From NCBI GenBank assembly GCA_000934665.2, contig KZ538121.1, positions 62,001 to 119,779 on the forward strand: a DNA stretch of 57,779 nucleotides. The letters run 5' to 3'. The translations under genes were made by a program, and so were the position numbers. Below the pieces are notes generated by a model that saw only the letters and a program-made list of their open reading frames with translations, had not been told where the DNA came from and did no database searches. The stretch's first letter is position 1. Each line of letters opens with the position of its first letter. Source of the stretch: Catajapyx aquilonaris. Taxonomy: Eukaryota. Below are positions 50,380 through 57,779 of the stretch, one piece after another.

Positions 50380-51251
50380 GTGGCGAGTGAAGATCGCGTC
50401 GTTGGTGGGGAGGGTGTTCAGGGGGCGGAGGAGGGCAGGGCAAAGGTGAGGGGCACATCGTATTGGGCCTCCTGGGCCTCGTGGGGACGCTCTGTGCAGC
50501 GGAGACGAGCCTCGTGGCTAGGGGCGGGCGGGCCCGGGGGCGGACCTGGGGGCGGGCGGGAGCGGGAGCGGGAGCAGTACGGCGGGCAGCAACAGCAACA
50601 GCTCCTGAACCCCGCCCTGCAGGCATCGCCACCACCGCCGCCGCCGCCATCGTCGTCTCCATCAGCAACCTGCTGCAGCAACCCTCCTCAGCAGGCTGGT
50701 CGCCGTGGCAGGCACTGCAACAGCGGCCATTGGCACTATTCCAACCTGGGAGGCAATAGCCTGGAAGAGGAGGAGGCGGAGGAGGCGGAGGGGGAAGAAG
50801 AGGAAGAGGAGGAGGAAGAGGACGAGCACTACTACGAGCAGGAGTACTCCCCGCTGTCGGTCGCCAGCCCTAGTCCCGAGCCCCACGCCGCCGCCTTGTT
50901 TCCCTCCTCATCCGCGTTCGGCGCCGACCACGCGCGAGCTTGCCGCGCGCCTTCGCCTTCCCCGCTGGCTGCTTCCGCGCCTGATTGCCGCGTCGGCGGG
51001 GTGGAGGAGACCACCCAGCAGCGGAGGGCCCGTCGGATGGGAGGCACCCACTGGCGGCCCTTCTCCGTCTCCTCCTCCTCCGTCATGGCCGCCTCCTCCT
51101 TCTCGGACGACTTCAGCTGCGCAGGCGCATCCTCCGCCGCCGGGCTAGACGACCCCGCTTGGATGCTGCACCCCAGGCGGAAGAAGGCCTCAATCCGCTC
51201 GCTATCGGCCTTCTCCGACATCTCCAGGTCCTCATGCAGGCACGACGACAG
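50380..51251 (+). CDS. Candidate alternative first exon (B) of Slo2/KCNT with a low-complexity N-terminus
   Basis: GC-rich ~290-codon open frame (poly-Q, poly-P, poly-E) ending ...SCRHDD-R at ACAG|GTACCG, the same phase 2 and DDR-type junction as exon A. The first in-frame ATG is at 51037. Confidence 0.65.
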
Positions 51252-54200
51252 GTACCGCATCGTCTCATGCAATCAATCCATCGGGCAGGTCCAAACTGTA
51301 AGGGGGGGTGACAAGTTCATGCGCATACATGTCGCCATTAGACTAGTACTCCAGGGACACCCAGACGTTTGCTACAGACATTTCAACCAAAGAATGATCT
51401 GAAGTCACACTGTTTACGTCCTCACGATTTGAATCTCGGTCGCACGACTCTTTAAGTCCGACAAAATATTTTCTGAGCATGCGCAGTAGGACATGATTGG
51501 AGGAAAGAGCCGGGTGGAGGCGGGGCTTACCGTGACGTCATGTCGTTCTTTGATTTAACGGTCAGTAGGTTGGTTAGATTCTCAACATTTGACCCATGTA
51601 TACATTTTCGATATCAATATAGCCACTGCACTGGCTGTTATGACGTTCTGGCTCATCCTGTACACTGTTGACAGTGCGAGTAGTTTACAGGGTACCATCC
51701 ATATTGTTATTAAGCTTAATCCGTATTTATTCCGGCCAGGGACGCATTATGCTGAAACATGTTTTCAGTTCTGTTTTGTTGGACCAGAAATCAATGCTTG
51801 ATTGGCTATCTATCATATTTTGTTGCATGAAAACATTCCCCATATTCTGTCCGTAGTACCAATATTCGTCACATAGATTGCGCTGTCACTCGGGATCAGG
51901 CGTCGTCCATAGATGGCGCATCCTTCCTCTCTGCACAGTGCTGCCACTCAGGGTCAGGCGGTGAGTAGTGGTACTACCTTGCTGATGACTAGCCGCGGAC
52001 AAAACAGATCTGGAGGTGCCACAGCCGCGATTCGGATTTCCCTAGGCGACGTGTAGTAAACCTATGTTTTTACCGATGCAGCCCGCAGCACACGGTACAA
52101 AAGCCCGTTTCTCGAGCAAACTCGGCAGATTTACTATAGCCTCATTCCCCAATCGGATTCTCCCCTCCCAAAATCCGATCACATTTCGAACCTCTAAACT
52201 CTAAAGAATCCTGATCTTTCCAGGTCAGAGTTTAGAGTCGGGAACTCAATATCGGCCGGATTTTTACAGTCGTATCCCATCACCCTATTGCCTATATATT
52301 TCTCTGCAGGTAATGGATGCGCATTGTGTGCATCCATATGCAGTTGAAGGAAAACGGTCGTCAAACAATATGGCCGCATGCATAAGTCGTTTTTTTATCT
52401 TCCCCAGATGACTTCCTGCGCAATGCTCGTGAATTAATAATTATGACGAATTCTCCAATTTGTATCGTCTGGGAGCCATCCTTTGCATTATGAATATTGC
52501 TGGTATGCCATAGCCGGAGTTGACCTTTTCCACCTTGTTTGTCATTCGGTTTGCCCCCAAAAATTCATTTTCATACCGGTCGGATTTTTGCGACATAATA
52601 AAAAAACGGCAAGTTCTTTTGCGGTGCGCCAGTTCGCGGTCGGCTGCGTTGTTTCATTCTAGCTGCGGTCATATTTTTTTGTGCACTTCTCTATGCGCGG
52701 TTTGCAACTATAAAACAATGTGCAAAAATATTTTCGGGGGAGGAATGATCCTTTTTTCCAGTAATTTAGTCAACAATATCGCGTTGTGCTATCGAGTGTT
52801 TCTGCAATTTTTTTTGGCAAAAGCGTAGCGTGTCAAGAGGGCCAGGTGTGTCTGAAAAATTAACCATGGTGTACGATGTCACAAGGTGCCAACAATGCTG
52901 ATGGCTAATCCATCCTACCCCCACAAAAAAGGCCTCTTCATGATGATGGGGCCTCATCACACGTCCTTTGCAGCCAGATGGAGCTCCCTAATACCTTCGG
53001 GAATTTTTTTGGCAACAATGATTGATTGCCACGGAAATATCGCGTCGCAAACAAAAAAAAACACGTCGCATCAGATCACAAATTGCATTTCCGCTATTGT
53101 CGCGCCAAATTATACGCCTTTTGTTAAAGGGCCAACGATATGAATATTAAAGCCATGCGATTATAAGCGGAAAACCCGTTTCTGATGTTAAAGAGTGAAG
53201 CCAGCAAAAAAATAATAATAATCACGAGTTCCTGTCCTCTCCAGGGAGTGAACCATCTCACTTTGCATACACGTCATCACATCGTCTAACTTTACCACTG
53301 AATAAATTTTAAAGGCAAATCTGCAGGAAAAAACTGCACGAATCTCGTTATTAAAGGGACACGTGCTGGACGCGTTTAAGCAGCAAAAAAAAAGGTATGT
53401 AGGATAAACAGGGTTTTAAAGATAAGCAAAAAAAATTGTTTCAACTCTGAAAACTTGGTTGCTGGAGTGAACAACGAGGGATTTGAGGAAGTGCGCCGCC
53501 TCAAAAAGGGATATAGGATATCGTATAATTTATGGCGCAGCTTCATTTTTTCATCCTGCTCGATATATTCAGATTGCCAATATCTTGGGAAAGAATGGCT
53601 TCTTTTACATCATGTCGCATTCACCGTCGTCGACCAATATCCGTGGCCTCGGAATCCACTTAATTTTTACACCGTCGCCACTTTTTTTTTTTTTCCTTCA
53701 AGGCGACGGAAGACAACAATTCGCGATAAGAGACACTTTAGACGCCATTTACTCGTCCAGTTCAAAGCTTTTGAACGATGACATAAAAATTGCGATTTCA
53801 AGAGCGTCGAGTGACCTCCAGAGACGGACAAAGAGACGCAGGTGGAATTCGAAAGACAGTCACCAAGTGTTTACAATTCAGGCTGTGGCGTTCACTCTAT
53901 CTCCACGTGAGCTGCAGACGTTTAGGATTATATAGTTCAACACACATGAACTCACACATTGTTAGTGCAATTAACAGATGTTCTTAATTTCACTAATGAA
54001 TAGTGTATGAACAACCTTGGGGTATAGTTCAACATCCTCTTAGCAGTGGAGCAAACCGCGCCTAAGTAAGTATGTACAGTGGCGTACAAATAGTATATGG
54101 GAAGTCACAAATATTTAATCCAGCTCAATTTAGTTTAACGAGCCAAACGTTCTGGCGCTAAATAATTTACAACAGTCTCTAGCACGTTAAATTATTTTTT

Positions 54201-55762
54201 CCCCCCCTTCTAACTTTACCTTGATAGAGTGCGGATGATTTCGAAGCTCCAGTTTGTCTCAGCACATCTAACGTCACTCTCCCAAGCAATTTTTTCTGCC
54301 AATCATCACTTCTCTCCGCCAATCATAATTTGCAGTCGTATACCTTTCCAGCCAATAACCGTCAGAGAGTTATTCTCTTCCTGTCCACATCATTACTCTC
54401 TGCTGCAACCAATCAGCGGATCCAGCAGTGTCGCAACAACACGATCATCTTTCCAGTCGACATTAGTCTGACTTATTCTGACTGTCGCGTCGTAGGGGGG
54501 AAAAAAAGACAATATTTCTATAAGCAGCAGCCTCGTTTTACTGAGCATCCATAGTACAAGCCTATAAAAATGGCTGGGTCTCGTAGCGTGTGAGGAGTTA
54601 GAAATTGATGCCTTTCAAGCTTCAGGAGTTGAACGTGTTTTCGTTTCCACGGCGCCAATCCGGTTCAGGAAGCCTGCCCGTCAACCAGCCATTCAATACA
54701 GTCTATATAAACACCGTTGCAACATGGCTGCCATTTTTCACAAAATTGAAACGAAATTGTGTAATATTGTAATTCGAGCACAAAAATGTGCATTTATTCC
54801 CATGCTTTTGATGGAATGTGCTACACGGGTTCCTCTTTGTTTTAACGCCAGAATTTGGACAGGCGTTTTATCACACCCAATACTTTGCTCCCAGACTCCA
54901 TTCCTGGAATAGTTTTCTCCTGGGCAACGTTCAGATCTTATCGATTTGGAAGAAAGCATCGTCCTTCACATATACAAATGCTTACAATATTACGACGAGA
55001 GCCAGGTGCGGCCCGTTTTTCTTTCTTCAGAAACCAAATGGGACTTCCGACTGAAGTGTCTCCGGTCATGCACGAACGTACAATACTGTAGGCGCCGTAC
55101 CGATAGTATTCAGCAGAGAAATGGATGGGGGATATGGTTCGAAAGGAAAAAAAAGAGGGTGCCTCACGTTACCGTGGGAATCGATTCCTGAGGGTAGAAA
55201 AGGGAACCCACTTTCGCCCAACCCCAGAAGGCTCTATATGAGTCTATCTCTCTGAGTGTAAAAAAGGGTCGCAATTTCCCCGGAGGCCCGCCTCAATTTG
55301 TTCTTCTCGGATTGAGTCTCGGCAAGGTGCAAGGCAATCCTTTAGCCGCTTTTCATTACCGCGGACCTTTACCCATCAGACAGTGAAAAGGAGGGAACAA
55401 AATACCTCCTTTTTAGTGTAGGTGTCAGGCCGCCAATGGGTGGGGATTGCCCCGCGACACTCCTATCTTATTACGGAGACGTCATGTCTCGGGGTTTGTC
55501 TTCAAATAAGGCGACAAGGCGAGAAATGACGAGGCCATAAATGTAATGGGGGCTGGCGGCAGCAGATGACTCCAGGGGACACAGCAGATCACGTCTCACT
55601 AATATCACCTGCAGGACTGTCCATAGGAAGTACCTGATTTCGCTCGTAGATGGCGCACCCTCCCTTTCTGCACAGTGCTGCCACTCTCAGGAATGTGCAC
55701 GTTGGTGATGAGTCACTCCGGACAAACAGAGGCACAGTAATTCCATCGGATTGGTATGAGAA

Positions 55763-55986
55763 CTGCCATCCGCTCGAAGAAGACCGCAATTCAACATCCA
55801 CTTTCCCTTGCGGCGAGAAAAAAAAGTAGTGGTACCAAAATCATCCAACAGGTGGAGTATGGGTGGCCCGTTCCTTTCTCACTTCCTTCAACGCCACCTC
55901 TTGGATGCTTTCGGTAACACTTGCTTACTTTTCTCGCCGCAAGGGAAGTGGATTTTGAGTTACGGTTTTCTTTGAGCGGACGGCAG
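55763..55986. mobile_element. Degenerate foldback/MITE
   Basis: CTGCCATCCGCTC...CCCTTGCGGCGAGAAAA pairs with TTTTCTCGCCGCAAGGG...GAGCGGACGGCAG. Confidence 0.78.
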
Positions 55987-57220
55987 AGAAGTACTCGAGT
56001 GATGATTGGTGTGTGCTAAAATTATTGACATCAGCTGGACCAATGAGAAACTGCCTCGTCCACATCTGAAAGAGTCAGAGAAGATGTAACGACCTGGCCC
56101 CAGAATCAAAATGCAAATTGCTTTCCGTAAAGCTGGCTGATGCGCAATGAATTTCGCTTATGCTCCGGTACACACTGTAATCAAATTTGCGACAAGATCC
56201 TTCATGACTGAAGCTGCTTTTTCCATGGGCGTCACCTCCCCCTTTAATTAGAATCTAAAGGGGCTTAATTATGTTCCTAGGACCAACCCCACGTTGTAAA
56301 AGAAAATAATCACATCTCAGACCCTCAGATTGATCAGCGACCTCTGACCTTTCGATGGTCCATTTTTACGACTTGGAGTGTGTGTGGTCGTACATCAGAA
56401 ATAATTGATCAGCCAAGAGTGGTACAGTACATCAGCATCCAGGAGCATGAATGAAATAGACTCGTGCGGTGCATCGATGACGTCGCGGTCTCCTTCCGTC
56501 GCTATATGGTTTCAGGGGGGGGCATGGAATCGATCTCGTATCACCCCCGGGATGCTGCGAATCTGCGCAAGATAGCCCCCCACACATCGATCTCTGCATA
56601 TCTCCCCCAATTTTTTTCAAACCAAAAAAAAAAAAGAAATCCGCTGAACCACTACGCTCTATTTAATTCGAAGCTATCTTCACAGATGTAGATCCCGCGC
56701 ATCTGCACGTTCAAATAATCCATAAATTAAATGGAAGACACGGATTAAAGCCCTGTCGGATGAGTAATGAATCCAACTCATCACTTATTCATGCCTGCAG
56801 GAAACTAGCGCTTCCGCATACTTGTGTTATCGATGTTGAACATGCGGGCATGCAGCTGAGAAGTGCGCTTAATTCTGTAAGTCACGTACAGTGTCCTCAT
56901 ACACAGAATTCACAATCGGTAAACAAGTCGACTCATCACCTATAGTAGGTAGTAGCTTTCACTAGCGTCCTGGTGGACTTTGTCCGGGTGGTGACTCATC
57001 ACCAACGTGCATGTAGTACTGCGTTCGCCCTGAAAGCGGCAGGCGTATGCAGAGGGAGAGCCTGTGCGTCAACTGGGAGGGACATATCGTACTACGTCCA
57101 AGTTGAAGGGGGGGGGGGCAACGGGTAGTATTTTATAAAAATATGTATACTTTGTCTATACTGTTACCTGCCACATGTTCACACAATACTATATTTTAGC
57201 CTGTGATAAATGCTGATAAA

Positions 57221-57305
57221 TGCTAACTGTACTTCTTTCTCTCCCTTTGCAGGTAAGACATCGATTCTTGCAAATGGTGTCTTACAATCTTGAGATCAGG
57301 TAAGG
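57221..57305 (+). promoter_or_regulatory. Recursive splice site (ratchet point) with 47-nt RS-exon
   Basis: Branch-point-like TGCTAAC at 57221, polypyrimidine tract, TTTGCAG|GTAAGA at 57252/57253, and a second donor CAG|GTAAGG at 57299/57300. Confidence 0.75.
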
Positions 57306-57779
57306 TTGTTTATTTCACACTGGCGTATATATATACACGTCGCGTGCTAGATATATAGTCGATAGATAGTCGCGTGCAAAGTGCCAAGTGCTCGTATTTC
57401 GTAATTAAGAGGTTTTGTATTCCCATAATTCGCAATTCTTTTGCAAAGCGATATGGCACCTTAAAATTACAAGGCCATTAAGAGCTTACTGGTGGAATGG
57501 AGTCGGGTTAAAACTCCGGGGGTAATAAATACTAATATGCAGGTTGGAAAAGCAGGATTGCTGCCCGACCAGGGCTTGCACTCAAAAGTATATGCGACAG
57601 TACGCAGGCGTAATAAAGTATAGTCGCCAGGTTGCCAAAAACCAGAATTATTTAGTATGAACATCTCGTGACATACAGTACATGCAATTTCATTGAATTG
57701 CTGGCATGCTTCCTGTGTTTATCTATTTTTTTATGAATATGAAAAATGAAAAAATACTGGCACTATTTGGGATACAGGC

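Larger units (their letters stand above)
35601..57105. repeat. Dispersed ~100-200 bp repeat family (~11 copies) with TTGGCAACACTG / ATAGATGGCGC / TGCTGCCACTCTCAGG / GATGACTCA / GCGGACAAA modules
   Basis: Copies near 35601, 35755, 37790(-), 38435(-), 39111, 40209, 42545, 43915, 51905, 55615 and 56975(-). Confidence 0.85.

Overview
Eukaryotic, intron-containing animal DNA, most likely an arthropod/hexapod (50-70 nt GT-AG introns, TTAGG tract, insect-type tRNA SINE, Pyrexia/Waterwitch-type TRPA). Bases 1-33,000 are gene dense: CK2-beta (-), a candidate secreted Cys-rich peptide (+), TRMT1L-like (+), SMG7 (-), Roquin (+) with a complete TRPA channel gene nested antisense in one intron, SCaMC/SLC25A24-25 (+) and 6-phosphogluconolactonase (-). 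Bases 33,000-57,779 hold the 5' end of a Slo2/KCNT Na+-activated K+ channel gene: alternative first exons and very long introns filled with MITEs, a SINE, an E-box/CCAAT tandem array and about 11 copies of a CTCF/AP-1-motif repeat. The strongest lead is at 57,221-57,305: a recursive-splice (AG|GTAAG) site whose 47-nt exon would stop the upstream N-termini and also supply a new in-phase ATG. All exon structures were read by eye and are unvalidated.
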